Positions 19,241-30,286 of a stretch of DNA of 64,000 bases are shown one piece after another. The stretch is taken from assembly GCA_963805855.1 (NCBI GenBank), contig CAWDVW010000002.1, forward strand, positions 64,001 to 128,000, read 5' to 3'. The notes beneath the pieces are model-generated. The model did not search any database. It was not told the DNA's origin and saw only the letters and a list, made by a program, of their open reading frames with translations. Position 1 is the stretch's first letter; each line of letters starts with the position of its first letter. The DNA comes from Candidatus Dadabacteria bacterium (GTDB lineage Bacteria > Desulfobacterota_D > UBA1144 > Nemesobacterales > CSP1-2). The position numbers were made by a program, and so were the translations under genes.

Positions 19241-20542
19241 TCAGTTATCTAGAATCTCGCTTTTGGCATCAGAATTAATATCGATATAGTAGGGTATATC
19301 ATCGGCCTCAAGAGATGCTAATTCATCCGGAAGTTTTCTCTGTCCTAGCGCCGACAGGTCGCCCCATCGGTTTATAAACTGCCCTGCCCTTGATGCATCA
19401 CCCGCCGCAAACAATTCCAAGAGTGTGAAGGTCATTTCTTCTATATCCGTTTCCAATTTTTTTGTATCAATCTCGAATTTATTTGATTTAGCATTAAAAA
19501 CTATTGAGCCATGTTCCTTAAAGTAGCTGTAGGTCAGAAAGGCAGAAGCCGAATCGGGATAGTTATAAAATCTCCCCCTTCTGATATATCTTAGCATCTC
19601 AGCAATACAAACAAGGTAAGCCTTCAATAGACTTTCGCCTTCTAATAGGCTATCCGTAAGGTATCTCATGATATTCAATGAGATTAAATCGGACTTAAGC
19701 TCATACAGGATCAGATATTCCCTCTCGTGCTGGGTCATGACTTTTCCAAGATTATCCTCTCCACAGAAATGTCCTATGTCATGGCCTCGAAGCCATATGA
19801 GCAATAATTCCCCAATCTGTTTATATTCGAGACCCTCAATTACTGAATATCCATCGAGGAGCTGTTTTGCGATAGCCATCGTAATACATTGAAACCTAAG
19901 TATGTACAAATTTATAAAAACGATTAGTTTTGTAAGGGCGGAAGTATTGGCATTATCGGTCCCTGAGAAAAAAACACATATTGGCTTATGCTTCTGATTC
20001 AGCTCACCTGCAAGGGCAAAAACATCAATGCACCTCATATCGGGAAATTCTAATTTATCCGGAAACTCGTCGGCAACGTTCTTAAATGGCAACTTCTTCA
20101 GGCACACTCTAAATTTATTATCATATCCCTTTACGAGGTCGTCATAAATATTATTCGCAACTCCGACAGCTCCAGAGTAAAGTCTAAGATCATTTTTTTC
20201 GTATGAGAATATCTTCCCTAAAATTAAATTTACATATTCTTCCCCATTCCTATTCAACGATAACGAACACAGGTCATAGATTCCCCGGGAAATAGATTCC
20301 GCCTGTCCCAAATAATCAGCCCTCTCAACCTCCGGTAAATTATCACCTCCTCGTCGTAACAAATCTATCATTTGCTGGAAAATTTCGTTTTCAAGTCTTG
20401 TGTTCAATTCTCCAGCTAGCTGGAGATCATGCATGGCCTCAGTCAACCGAAGCACTTGAAGAAAGTAACGGACCGGGGCTTTCGACCCGTCGTCTATTCT
20501 CAATGAAATATCGACAACAGCGGTTATCTTATAGCTATTCAT
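19241..20542 (-). CDS. Divergent peptidase M49 (DPP III)-like protein
   Basis: HDIGH and downstream ELKSD resemble the HExxH...EExKAD motifs of M49; AEMLRYIR segment. Confidence 0.55.
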   Translation of the reverse strand: MNSYKITAVVDISLRIDDGSKAPVRYFLQVLRLTEAMHDLQLAGELNTRLENEIFQQMIDLLRRGGDNLPEVERADYLGQAESISRGIYDLCSLSLNRNGEEYVNLILGKIFSYEKNDLRLYSGAVGVANNIYDDLVKGYDNKFRVCLKKLPFKNVADEFPDKLEFPDMRCIDVFALAGELNQKHKPICVFFSGTDNANTSALTKLIVFINLYILRFQCITMAIAKQLLDGYSVIEGLEYKQIGELLLIWLRGHDIGHFCGEDNLGKVMTQHEREYLILYELKSDLISLNIMRYLTDSLLEGESLLKAYLVCIAEMLRYIRRGRFYNYPDSASAFLTYSYFKEHGSIVFNAKSNKFEIDTKKLETDIEEMTFTLLELFAAGDASRAGQFINRWGDLSALGQRKLPDELASLEADDIPYYIDINSDAKSEILDN

Positions 20543-20572
20543 AAAATTTCGATTAACTTATAAAAGAAGATA

Positions 20573-22132
20573 CTAGAAATCTTGATGCTCTTTCCTTACC
20601 AGGTCCAGTATCGTTTTTACAGGATTGAACGTCACAATAGGCACTTCTATCAATATCGTGATCCAGTTTGCCATCGATCCATTCCAGAGACCAGGAAGCT
20701 CAAGTGCTTTTAAGTAGTTGCCGTCCTTGGATCTTGTCGATATAAAAGCGTTCGAGGGATCCCGAAAGGCCCTTAAATCAAACTGTCTACCTTTGTAATC
20801 TCTGACCCCGCACACTATATCAACCGGGTTAAAATGAGTCGATGATTCCCATATTTTCTTCTGCTCAGGGTTTTCCATATCAACTTGTGATGATTCCACA
20901 ATTTGCAAGGAAAGTGTACCGTCACCGTGTTGAACCCAGAAAGGGCCACCCCCGGGCTCACCCTGATTTTTAACAACCCCACAAATTCTTATCGGTCGAT
21001 TTAGTTTTGAAAATATAAAGTTCTTCATTTTGTCTCTGGAAAGCTTTTCAAAATCGTCTGGCACAAATATAGAAAGCTTTTCCTTTAAAAATCGCACTAT
21101 ATTCCCCATCATTTTCTGATCCAAATCGTTACGAGCGATTATTCCAAGATAATAAAAAATCTCTTTTTGTAATTCAATCAAATAACCAGCCAGGGCCTTT
21201 TTATAAAAATAAATCTCATCTTTAAACGTATCAGGAACCACGTTATCTATGTTCTTTATAAAAATAATATCCCCTCTGAGATCATTGAGGATTTCCAGGA
21301 GGGCACCATGACCTGCTGCCCGAAATAAAAGTTTATTGTCTTCCGCTCTAAAAGGTTTGTTATCCAAATCGACAGCAATAGTATCAGTTGAAGATCTTTG
21401 GATAGAAAAGGCAATATCAAGCGTGACCTCTTCATTCTCATATCTAGTCCTTACGTTTTCTAAATGGTCACCTATTCGCCTCTCATGCTCCTCTGCGACA
21501 GTAAAATGAACTCTGGCAATCCCACTCTTATCCCTTACATAAGCAGCAGCCTCGACGAGATGCTCTTCAAAAGGTGTTCGAGAGTGGTCGGCGTATCGGT
21601 GAAATTTGATCAGACCCTTGGGAAGATTCCCATAGTTCAATCCCCTGGGGGTTAGCATATATTCCATTATCTCTTTAAACTGTCCTTTTGATATATGATC
21701 TTCTACATCCTTTCCGTTAGCTTTCATTTCAGATTTTAAGTCCTCATAGAAAGCGAACCTCTTTAGATTTTCGATGAAATTCAGGAAGGATTGATGAGCA
21801 ATATCACCCTTTTCAGCCTCAGCTCTGATAATCTTATGGTCAATTTCATCATAATGATTGTAAAAGGAATGCGGCAATCTGAACATACGACTCGCTTCAC
21901 CGGACGCCGGAACAAATTTCATCAATTCCCTTTCCGCGGGTGCGCCTGCAAAAATGCCCGCCAGTCTTTCAAGCTCGTATTCATTTATTTTGAGGATACC
22001 ATCGCCAATCGTGGCAGGGCGATTCAGAATCGTAAACGGCAATCCTTTTCTAAAAGTCTCGATTTGCAACATGACTCTATCAAGAGTTAATCCGTGGGAC
22101 TCAATCTGTTTTATGTCATCTTCAGAAAACAT
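20573..22132 (-). CDS. DUF4301 family protein
   Basis: KFVPASG, PKGLIKFH, IKNIDNV, GEPGGGPFW, THFNPVD, LELPGLWNG motifs. Confidence 0.88.
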   Translation of the reverse strand: MFSEDDIKQIESHGLTLDRVMLQIETFRKGLPFTILNRPATIGDGILKINEYELERLAGIFAGAPAERELMKFVPASGEASRMFRLPHSFYNHYDEIDHKIIRAEAEKGDIAHQSFLNFIENLKRFAFYEDLKSEMKANGKDVEDHISKGQFKEIMEYMLTPRGLNYGNLPKGLIKFHRYADHSRTPFEEHLVEAAAYVRDKSGIARVHFTVAEEHERRIGDHLENVRTRYENEEVTLDIAFSIQRSSTDTIAVDLDNKPFRAEDNKLLFRAAGHGALLEILNDLRGDIIFIKNIDNVVPDTFKDEIYFYKKALAGYLIELQKEIFYYLGIIARNDLDQKMMGNIVRFLKEKLSIFVPDDFEKLSRDKMKNFIFSKLNRPIRICGVVKNQGEPGGGPFWVQHGDGTLSLQIVESSQVDMENPEQKKIWESSTHFNPVDIVCGVRDYKGRQFDLRAFRDPSNAFISTRSKDGNYLKALELPGLWNGSMANWITILIEVPIVTFNPVKTILDLVRKEHQDF

Positions 22133-22347
22133 TAGCTCACCTATAATCCATATCCCTCTTGGCCGCTAAAAACGCTACAAAGGTTAGAGATTTTTCAAGT
22201 CTAACCCTATTCAATCTAGATAAGTATACATAACCGATATGAAGTTTCTTTAATTTTGAACCTAGTGTAGATTTCACATTCTAACTCTCTTAATATCTCC
22301 TTCGACTGGCCCAAGGAGTCAAGGACAGGCTAGCCGCGAATAGACAT

Positions 22348-22372
22348 GTAGCGGAGGACTTCAGTCCTCCAC
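22348..22372. repeat. GTAG-type REP copy
   Basis: GTAGCGGAGGACTTCAGTCCTCCAC, close to the reverse complement of 17575-17599. Confidence 0.65.
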
Positions 22373-22587
22373 TTATCTTCGAATCGATAACGAAAAGAGA
22401 GAACAAGAAAGAGGAAGGACCTGATACCGGAAGTCTGACAGATAATTCGCGAAATAGCGAGGGAGAGCAACAAAAAGAAAAATAACTCATTTACTCACGC
22501 CTGACCCCATCTACTAAAGTCGGTTTTAAGAGTGAAGAAAACGCCACACCGGCTGATTTAACTTCCTCATATCACACAAGTATTGTA

Positions 22588-22666
22588 TGGCGGGGCCGAC
22601 GGGACTTGAACCCGCGACCTCTGGCTTGACAGGCCAGCGTTCTAAACCGGACTGAACTACGGCCCC
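22588..22666 (-). tRNA. tRNA-Asp(GTC)
   Basis: GGGGCCG acceptor, CT-GTC-AA loop, CCA end. Confidence 0.96.
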
Positions 22667-22675
22667 CCATTCAAC

Positions 22676-22752
22676 GGATACATGATGCATGATGCAGGAT
22701 ACATGATAAAGAATGAAACAGAATCATTTACCCTGCATCGTGTATCGTGCAT
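22676..22752. repeat. Degenerate 7-bp tandem repeat (GATGCAG/GATACAT) with inverted partner
   Basis: GGATACATGATGCATGATGCAGGATACATGAT followed by CCTGCATCGTGTATCGTGCAT. Confidence 0.7.
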
Positions 22753-22753
22753 G

Positions 22754-22828
22754 TGGTGGGCGGTACCGGTTTCGAACCAGTGACCTCTTGCTTGTAAGGC
22801 AAGCGCTCTCCCGCTGAGCTAACCGCCC
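22754..22828 (-). tRNA. tRNA-Val(TAC)
   Basis: GGGCGGT acceptor, CT-TAC-AA loop, CCA end. Confidence 0.96.
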
Positions 22829-23002
22829 AAAAACAACCTATTTAATATATGCAATATCTCCTAATTTAAAAGGGCTTATTCTTATAACTGAAAATCCCCA
22901 CTTTGTCTAACACTTTACCTGAGAGGAGAAAGATTATATTCATTTTCGCCGAATCAGAGCCTTTCTCGAATTTTAATAAATTCGGACTTCCCTCTAAACA
23001 GA

Positions 23003-23037
23003 AACTCCCTCTTTGTTTTCCAAACAAAGAGGGAGTT
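23003..23037 (-). terminator. Hairpin downstream of lon, probable terminator
   Basis: Perfect 16-bp inverted repeat AACTCCCTCTTTGTTT / AAACAAAGAGGGAGTT. Confidence 0.7.
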
Positions 23038-23068
23038 CAGAAATTATCTCGTAGTAAATCAATTTCCC

Positions 23069-25507
23069 TTACGACAGATTTACATTGGGCCTGACCTCAC
23101 CCTGCGGTATAGTGGTCGGCGGCGGCACGACGATATCGTGAAGTATCGGCTCCTCTGATATTATCGCCTCTCTTAGAACCTCGTCCATGTGCTCTACCAT
23201 CGTTAGCTCTACGTCCTTCAATATATTAGTGCGTATGTCCCTGAGATCGTTCTCGTTCTCCTTTGGTATTATCACCTTCTTCACCCTTCCCCTGTGCGCT
23301 GCCAGGATCTTCTCCTTCAACCCGCCTATCGGTAACACCCTCCCCCTTAACGTTATCTCTCCTGTCATCGCTATATCATGACTTATTGGCTTCTTCACCA
23401 ATGCACTCACTATCGCCGTCGCTATCGCTATTCCCGCTGATGGCCCATCCTTCGGCGTCGCTCCCTCCGGTACGTGTATATGTATATCCACCTTCTGATA
23501 AAATAACCTCTCCAACCCCAGCTTCTCCGCCCTACTCCTTACATAACTCATCGCCGCCTGCGCACTCTCCTGCATCACCTCTCCTAACTTCCCTGTCACC
23601 GTAAACGTTCCCTTCCCAGGCACTATCGATACCTCTATCGTTAATAACTCTCCCCCTACCTCTGTCCATGCCAGCCCAGTTGCTATCCCTACCTGGTCCC
23701 TCTCCTCTATCTCCCCATACTTGAACTTCGGTACCCCTAAGTACCTCTGCCCCTGTATATTATTCGAATTTATCCTTACCCCATGCTCTACCCCCTTCTT
23801 CACTACCTCCTTTGCCACCTTCCTGCACAACGTCGCCAACTCCCTCTCCAATGTCCTTACTCCTGCCTCCCTCGTATACCTCCTTATCACAGCCAATAAC
23901 CCACTGTCCGTTATCCCTATGTTCTTACCCTTCAGCCCATGCGCCTCTATCTGCTTCGGTATCAAAAACCTCTTCGCTATCTCTACCTTCTCGTCCTCCG
24001 TATACCCAGGCAACCTTATTATCTCCATCCTGTCCTGCAGCGCCCACGGTATTGTGTGCAATACATTCGCCGTCGTTATGAAAAATACATTCGATAAATC
24101 ATAATCTACCTCTATATAATGATCATTGAATGTCTTGTTCTGCTCGGGGTCCAATCCCTCTAGCAATGCCGACGCCGGATCCCCCCTGAAATCCACTCCA
24201 AGCTTGTCTATCTCATCCAATAAAAATACCGGGTTCACCGTCCCCGCCTTCCTCATCCCCTGTATGATCTTCCCAGGCAATGCTCCTATATACGTCCTCC
24301 TGTGCCCCCTTATCTCCGCCTCATCTCTAACTCCTCCAAGAGATACCCTCACGAACTTCCTGCCCATCGCCCTCGCTATAGACTTCGCCAACGATGTCTT
24401 CCCTACTCCGGGCGGCCCCACAAAACACAGTATCGGCCCCCTCAGCTTCTTCGTTAGTGCCCTCACCGCCAAATACTCTATTATCCTCTCCTTCGGCTTC
24501 TCCAACCCATAGTGATCCTCATCCAGTATCTTCCCTGCCTCCTCTATATCCAGACTGTCCTCTGTCATCTCATTTGTCCACGGTAGCCCCAAAAGCCACT
24601 CTATATAGTTCCTAACCACAGTAGCCTCTGCCGACATCGGCGACATCATCTTGAGCTTCTTTAGCTCCCTCTTCACCTTCTGCTCAACCTCTTCCGGTAA
24701 TACCTTCTTCTTCAGCTTCTCCTCAAACTCCTGTATCTCCGACTTCAGATCGTCCTTCTCTCCCAGTTCCTTCTGTATAGCCCTCATTTGCTCAGTAAGA
24801 TAGTATTCCTTCTGGGCCTTTTCCATCTGCTTTTTCACCCTTGTCCTGATGCGCTTCTCTATCTGAAGAATTTCGACCTCTGACTGAATCTTTTCGTATA
24901 GCTTCTCGAGCCTCTCGGCTGGGTTGAGTGTCTCCAGTATCTCCTGCTTATCCTCAAGCTTCAGACCAAGATGCGATGCAATAGTATCCGCAAGACGATT
25001 CGGCTCCTGAATCGACGAGACTGTGACCAATACCTCGGAGGGAATCTTCTTATTGAGCTTCACATAGTTCTCAAAAGCCGTGACAATTGTACGCATGAGA
25101 GCTTCGCTCTCAACACCGAGTTTCCCCTCGTCGGTCAGCACCTCAGCGTCAACCAGGAAAAAGCCGGGATTGGGAACATAACTTATGATCTTTGCCCTTT
25201 TCTTTCCCTCGATCAGTACCTTGACGGTCCCATCTGGCAGACGGAGCATCTGAACTATGGTCCCGACAGTGCCAATCCTGTAAATATCCTCTTCTTTAGG
25301 ATCGTTTGTGTTTGCATCCTTTTGAGCAGCGAGAAGTATCTCCTTCTCCTTCTTCATCGCCTCTTCGAGGGCGCGTATAGACTTCTCACGACCCACAAAA
25401 AGCGGCGCTACCATATAAGGGAAAATTACAACATCCCTGAGGGGTAGAAGTGTAATCTTAATTACTTCTTGTTTTTTTTCATCATCAATTTTAAAGAACA
25501 TTGGCAT
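23069..25507 (-). CDS. lon: ATP-dependent Lon protease
   Basis: [10 protein letters not shown], Walker [17 protein letters not shown], catalytic [14 protein letters not shown]. Confidence 0.98.
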   Translation of the reverse strand: MPMFFKIDDEKKQEVIKITLLPLRDVVIFPYMVAPLFVGREKSIRALEEAMKKEKEILLAAQKDANTNDPKEEDIYRIGTVGTIVQMLRLPDGTVKVLIEGKKRAKIISYVPNPGFFLVDAEVLTDEGKLGVESEALMRTIVTAFENYVKLNKKIPSEVLVTVSSIQEPNRLADTIASHLGLKLEDKQEILETLNPAERLEKLYEKIQSEVEILQIEKRIRTRVKKQMEKAQKEYYLTEQMRAIQKELGEKDDLKSEIQEFEEKLKKKVLPEEVEQKVKRELKKLKMMSPMSAEATVVRNYIEWLLGLPWTNEMTEDSLDIEEAGKILDEDHYGLEKPKERIIEYLAVRALTKKLRGPILCFVGPPGVGKTSLAKSIARAMGRKFVRVSLGGVRDEAEIRGHRRTYIGALPGKIIQGMRKAGTVNPVFLLDEIDKLGVDFRGDPASALLEGLDPEQNKTFNDHYIEVDYDLSNVFFITTANVLHTIPWALQDRMEIIRLPGYTEDEKVEIAKRFLIPKQIEAHGLKGKNIGITDSGLLAVIRRYTREAGVRTLERELATLCRKVAKEVVKKGVEHGVRINSNNIQGQRYLGVPKFKYGEIEERDQVGIATGLAWTEVGGELLTIEVSIVPGKGTFTVTGKLGEVMQESAQAAMSYVRSRAEKLGLERLFYQKVDIHIHVPEGATPKDGPSAGIAIATAIVSALVKKPISHDIAMTGEITLRGRVLPIGGLKEKILAAHRGRVKKVIIPKENENDLRDIRTNILKDVELTMVEHMDEVLREAIISEEPILHDIVVPPPTTIPQGEVRPNVNLS

Positions 25508-25540
25508 TCTTCACCCCCTAAGTGACTTAGTACGCAAAAT

Positions 25541-26815
25541 CTATGTCCCCAACCGCCTCTCTTCTTCATAGAAGAACAAAGGAGTCGCTGTACCGTGGAT
25601 CACCTCCTCCGTTATGATGCATCGCCTAAGACCATTTAACGAAGGAACCTCATATGAGATATCGAGCATAATTGATTCTATAATTGCTCGAAGACCCCTC
25701 GCACCAGTCTTTCTCTTAATTGCCTCCTTAGAGATGGCCTTGAGTGCACCCTCCGTAACTTCTAACTCAACACCCTCCAGTTCCATCAGCTTCTGGAACT
25801 GCTTAATAACCGCGTTTTTCGGCTTTGTAAGAATCTCAAGGAAGGTTCTTTCATCCAGCTCTTCAAGAGTAGCTACAACCGGAATCCTACCAACAAATTC
25901 AGGTATCAAACCGTAATGAATGAGATCTTCCGGTTGAACCTCTTTCAGTAACAGCCCTAAATCCTTTTCCACATTGTTGCCTATATTAGCCTCAAAACCT
26001 ATAGACTTTTCTCCTATTCTCCTCGCTATCAAGTCCTCAAGCCCACAAAATGCTCCTCCGCAAATAAATAGTATATTTGTCGTATCTATATGAATAAACT
26101 CCTGCTGTGGATGTTTTCTTCCGCCCTTCGGAGGAACATTTGCCTTGGTCCCTTCCATAATTTTTAAAAGAGCCTGCTGAACACCCTCGCCCGATACATC
26201 CCTCGTAATCGAAGGGCTATCGCCCGTCTTGCGGGCAAGCTTATCAATTTCGTCGATGTAGATTATCCCCTTTGAGGCCTTTTCTATATCATAATCAGCA
26301 GCCTGGAGAAGGCTTACAATCATATTCTCAACGTCCTCTCCGACATAACCAGCCTCGGTATAACATGTAGCATCGACAATAGTAAAGGGCACATCGAGAA
26401 ACTTTGCCAGAGTTTGAGCCAATAACGTTTTTCCACAGCCAGTGGGACCAATATTCAGTATATTACTCTTTTGGATCTCAACATCCTTACTTCTCTTCCC
26501 ACTGAATGCGGTATGCTCGACCCTCTTATAATGATTATAAACCGCAACAGCTAATACCTTTTTTGCCCTCTCCTGCCCGATGACATATTCGTCTAAAAAG
26601 CTCTTTATTTGGGAAGGCGTTGGTAGAGCCGAATAGCGTTTCTTAAGTTGTCCCTCTTTAGCCTCTTCATCCGCGATTATCTCGTTGCATAGTTCGATGC
26701 ACTCGTTACAGATATATACCGTCGGACCTGCGATCAGCTTCCTAACTTCTTTTTGGCTCTTGCCGCAGAACGAGCAAAAAAGCTTACCTTCTTTTCCGTC
26801 ACGCCTGGTAGTCAC
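25541..26815 (-). CDS. clpX: ClpX ATPase
   Basis: C4 zinc finger [39 protein letters not shown] loop. Confidence 0.98.
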   Translation of the reverse strand: MTTRRDGKEGKLFCSFCGKSQKEVRKLIAGPTVYICNECIELCNEIIADEEAKEGQLKKRYSALPTPSQIKSFLDEYVIGQERAKKVLAVAVYNHYKRVEHTAFSGKRSKDVEIQKSNILNIGPTGCGKTLLAQTLAKFLDVPFTIVDATCYTEAGYVGEDVENMIVSLLQAADYDIEKASKGIIYIDEIDKLARKTGDSPSITRDVSGEGVQQALLKIMEGTKANVPPKGGRKHPQQEFIHIDTTNILFICGGAFCGLEDLIARRIGEKSIGFEANIGNNVEKDLGLLLKEVQPEDLIHYGLIPEFVGRIPVVATLEELDERTFLEILTKPKNAVIKQFQKLMELEGVELEVTEGALKAISKEAIKRKTGARGLRAIIESIMLDISYEVPSLNGLRRCIITEEVIHGTATPLFFYEEERRLGT

Positions 26816-27411
26816 TTTATAGCCTCCTGCCTATTAGTTATTATAGCATCCACTATGCCATATTCACAGGCATCTTTAGCCGTCAGAAAAAAATCCCTTT
26901 CTGTATCCCTTTCAATCTTGTCTATGGGCTGACCTGTGTGCTCGGCGAGTATGTGATTTAATTCTTGGCGAACCCTCAAAATCTCTCTTGCATGTATATC
27001 GATTTCAGTAGCTTGCCCCTCAAACCCACCTAAGACCTGATGTAACAATACACGTGCGTGTGGAAGAGCATATCTTTTTCCCTTGGTTCCTGCCGCGAGA
27101 AGTACTGCACCCATGCTGGCGGCTTGCCCGATACACATAGTCGCCACATGTGGCTTTATGTATTGTATAGTGTCATATATTGCAAGACCCGCTGTGACGT
27201 GCCCGCCCGGGGAATTTACGTACAGATAAATATCCTTCTCGGGATTCTCCGACTCCAGGACCAGAAGCTGAGCTATTACGGTATCGGCAACCGCGTCTGT
27301 AATTGGTGATCCCAAAAAAACTATTCTATCTTTTAGGAGTCGAGAAAAGATATCGTATGCCCGTTCACCCCTACTGGTCTGCTCAATAACGATGGGCATA
27401 AAATTGGTCAT
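26812..27411 (-). CDS. clpP: ClpP proteolytic subunit
   Basis: [23 protein letters not shown]. Confidence 0.98.
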   Translation of the reverse strand: MTNFMPIVIEQTSRGERAYDIFSRLLKDRIVFLGSPITDAVADTVIAQLLVLESENPEKDIYLYVNSPGGHVTAGLAIYDTIQYIKPHVATMCIGQAASMGAVLLAAGTKGKRYALPHARVLLHQVLGGFEGQATEIDIHAREILRVRQELNHILAEHTGQPIDKIERDTERDFFLTAKDACEYGIVDAIITNRQEAIK

Positions 27412-27434
27412 ATCGTAGTTTTATTATACAGATA

Positions 27435-28739
27435 CTAACTTTTATTGTCAATTTGATTCTTTTCCCCTAAGACCTCTTCTATCCTTGCTTTTTCGATTAG
27501 AAAATCGACCACTTTCTCTTCGAGAATGCTTTCCCGTAACCCGTCGAGCATACTGTTTGATCGATAGGCTTCCCTCACCTGCTCATAAGGGACATCGAAC
27601 GATTTGGAAATTTCCGACAGTCTTCTGTCAACCTCGCCACTGGTGACATCTATTCCCTCCTTTTTTGCGATTGCCCCAAGAACAATGGATGACTTAACGT
27701 TAACACTAGCCCTATCAGTGATCGACTTTTCAGCCTTTTCATCGAATTTAGGAACCCTGAGCCCCTGTCTCTGGAGATTAAACAGAAATTCGCGCTTAAG
27801 CCTCATAGATTCTTCTTCAACCAAACTATTAGGAATATCAAAGGCCTTGTTCTCGATAAGTTTATTGATGAGATCTGTTCTTAACTTATTACTGGAATCT
27901 GCTTGGTGCCTCTTTTCCAAATCTTCTCGAATCTTTTTTTTCAACGATTCAAGGTTCTCTTCGCCGAGATCCTTTGCAAATTCATCATCCAGATTTGGCA
28001 AGATCCTCTCCAGTATATCCTTCAATCGCAATTCAAAATTGACCGTTTTCCCAGCAGCCTCACGTACCTGAAAATCCTCACCGTACGATACATCAAAGTT
28101 CTTTACTTCCCCTTTTTTCAACCCGATTATAGCGTCTTCAAACTCTGGAATTAATTGACCCTCTCCGAGTACAAACTGAACATCTGATTTTTTAAGATCT
28201 TCTAATGACTTTCCTTCAAGGGTTCCTTCATAATCAATCATTACAACATCACCTTTTGCAGCCTCCCTGTCATTTTCAATTGGCTTAGCATCTGCAGAAC
28301 GGTTTCTGAGTCGATCCAGTACAATGCTCACCTCGTCTTCTTCGACTTCCACCTTTTCCCTCTTTAGTTCAATACCGATATAATCATCAAGCTCAAAATC
28401 CGGGATTATCTCAAAGACCGCGGAATAGTGAAATTCTTTGTCAGTCTCTACCTTGTCCGTAGTCAAATTGGGCCGGGATACCGGAGTCACAGAAGCTTCC
28501 TGAAGCGCTTCTTGAAAAGAATCGGAAACCAATCTGGACGAAACCTCATTAAATATCTGCTTTCCATATACTGATTCTATGACCCTTCTAGGAACCTTTC
28601 CGGGGCGAAATCCCCTAACCTTCGCAGATTTTTGGAATTCCCTAAATACCTCTTCTAACTTCTCTTTCACCAGTTCAGGTTGAAGAAAGACATCGAGCTT
28701 TCTTTCGGTACTGCTGAGCGTTTCTAAATTTACTTTCAT
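27435..28739 (-). CDS. tig: Trigger factor
   Basis: GFRPGKVP ribosome-binding motif, FKBP domain, synteny with clpPX-lon. Confidence 0.97.
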   Translation of the reverse strand: MKVNLETLSSTERKLDVFLQPELVKEKLEEVFREFQKSAKVRGFRPGKVPRRVIESVYGKQIFNEVSSRLVSDSFQEALQEASVTPVSRPNLTTDKVETDKEFHYSAVFEIIPDFELDDYIGIELKREKVEVEEDEVSIVLDRLRNRSADAKPIENDREAAKGDVVMIDYEGTLEGKSLEDLKKSDVQFVLGEGQLIPEFEDAIIGLKKGEVKNFDVSYGEDFQVREAAGKTVNFELRLKDILERILPNLDDEFAKDLGEENLESLKKKIREDLEKRHQADSSNKLRTDLINKLIENKAFDIPNSLVEEESMRLKREFLFNLQRQGLRVPKFDEKAEKSITDRASVNVKSSIVLGAIAKKEGIDVTSGEVDRRLSEISKSFDVPYEQVREAYRSNSMLDGLRESILEEKVVDFLIEKARIEEVLGEKNQIDNKS

Positions 28740-28804
28740 GGGGATTGATCCTCTTCCGATTTATTTTGTTGTCGAAAAATCCAATCATCTAGTCATACAC
28801 AAAC

Positions 28805-28885
28805 TATCGTGCATCCTGCATCGTACATCCTACATACTGTATCCTGTATCATGGATCTTGCATCATGCATCCGGCATCCTGTACA
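28805..28885. repeat. Degenerate 7-bp tandem array (CATCCTG/CATCGTG)
   Basis: About 11 imperfect heptamers between tRNA-Leu and tig. Confidence 0.75.
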
Positions 28886-28892
28886 TAAAACT

Positions 28893-28975
28893 TGCGAGAG
28901 GGGGGAGTTGAACCCCCATGAGCAAAGCTCACTGGATCCTAAGTCCAGCGCGTCTGCCAGTTCCGCCACTCTCGC
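28893..28975 (-). tRNA. tRNA-Leu(TAG), CCA not encoded
   Basis: GCGAGAG acceptor, CT-TAG-GA loop, long variable arm. Confidence 0.95.
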
Positions 28976-28981
28976 TGTGTA

Positions 28982-29055
28982 TGGGCTGCGAGGGAATCGA
29001 ACCCCCGACCCGGTGATTAAGAGTCACCTGCTCTACCTAGCTGAGCTAGCAGCCC
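28982..29055 (-). tRNA. tRNA-Lys(CTT), CCA not encoded
   Basis: GGGCTGC acceptor, CT-CTT-AA loop, TTCGA T-loop. Confidence 0.95.
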
Positions 29056-29371
29056 TTATTTACAAATGAATTTCTATAGTTATTAGCTCCCAGTGGAGAA
29101 TTTTATTATAAATACGATATCTTCAAAATCAAATCTATGCTGTCCTTCCAGAAGTAATGGCGGTTTGGATTTAATAACGAGAGTGAAAGTATTCATAGAC
29201 TGGTGTTAAATTTGCTGAGTCGAGATCCGCTCCAAAGTTGTTTAGGGCCTAAAATTATATTAGAATGCCTTTAAAGAACCGGGAAGTACTCTCGCGCATG
29301 GCCTTAAATTCTCGCAGTATAATGATTACTGCCCCTTTATTTTACTTAATTTCTGATCGAAACTTATTTAA

Positions 29372-29752
29372 ATGAGTAAAAATAATTGGCTTAGCATAAT
29401 CGGATTAGTTGTTTATTGCGCCCTCATATTTTATCTGTCTACATTACCTGGCGACTCCATACCCGATTTGCCGCTATCTGATAAAATTTTTCACTTTTTC
29501 CTGTACCTGGGTCTTGGGTTACTATTTACATACTTTTTCTATGGCCTGAAGTTTTTCACTTCCCGGCTGAAGATTGTATTAATAACTCTGGCGTTCATAG
29601 CTCTTTATGGATTAAGCGATGAGATTCATCAGTTATTCGTAGTAGGACGGGATTTTGATGTCTTGGATTTATTTGTGGATATAATTGGGGGGTTCTCGGG
29701 TTGTTTAATAATGTCCTATTTATACCCGCATGTTCAAAGTATTTTGTTGTAG
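29372..29752 (+). CDS. VanZ family membrane protein
   Basis: DKIFHF, DEIHQLFVVGR, DLFVD motifs. Confidence 0.88.
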   Translation: MSKNNWLSIIGLVVYCALIFYLSTLPGDSIPDLPLSDKIFHFFLYLGLGLLFTYFFYGLKFFTSRLKIVLITLAFIALYGLSDEIHQLFVVGRDFDVLDLFVDIIGGFSGCLIMSYLYPHVQSILL

Positions 29753-30164
29753 TTCTATTAAGACTCATATCTGAAAGGGTGAAAAGGGTGGCGAAATATG
29801 TACTTCTTCACCACTCGAATTATCAGATGCTTACATTTAATATCGAAATGCGAACTGTCAGCAGTGTCAGTCCTTGACCTTTTCCTCTAAACGCTTCCTC
29901 AAGTGATTTCATTAAATAAATTAGATCTCAACCATTTTTGGAGAACCAAGCACCACTTTCATTCATTACGGTACGTCTCTAAGTCTTAAATTAACATAAA
30001 GTTTACAGGCTAACCCCGAGACGTATTTTTTACGGAATGTCAAATTAAGTCTTGATTAACTCAGATAAATTGAGTGACATGTGGTTAGTTCATTTCCAAT
30101 AATCTAGTTGCAACGTGTTGGAAGTAGGGATTATAGAAAGTTATTTCAAAGATTCGGTATAGAT

Positions 30165-30286
30165 AAAAAAAGCGACCCCAAGTGACCTCGAACTTTTTTG
30201 ATTACCGAATTATCTACTCGACTTCCCTCTTTCGACTTTACCCCATTCGGCTATCAAGTCAGCCTTAACCTCTTGGAATCGCTTTG
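30165..30286 (-). ncRNA. Orphan rod-shaped structured RNA candidate
   Basis: Two nested stems that pair best on the minus strand (G-U wobbles), an internal bubble and a terminal U run, inside an ~890-bp gene-free gap. Confidence 0.45.

Noticed and set aside
22290-22490. 66-aa minus-strand ORF
   Set aside because: It overlaps REP-like repeats and has low-complexity composition with no RBS.
23263-24615. Pro/Ser-rich plus-strand ORFs opposite lon
   Set aside because: They are shadows of the purine-skewed lon codons, with no RBS or family motifs.
28805-28885. CRISPR-like array
   Set aside because: Units are 7-bp tandem repeats without unique spacers, and there are no cas genes in the window.
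28809-29069. 86-aa ORF
   Set aside because: It is made of the heptamer repeat plus the antisense of two tRNAs.
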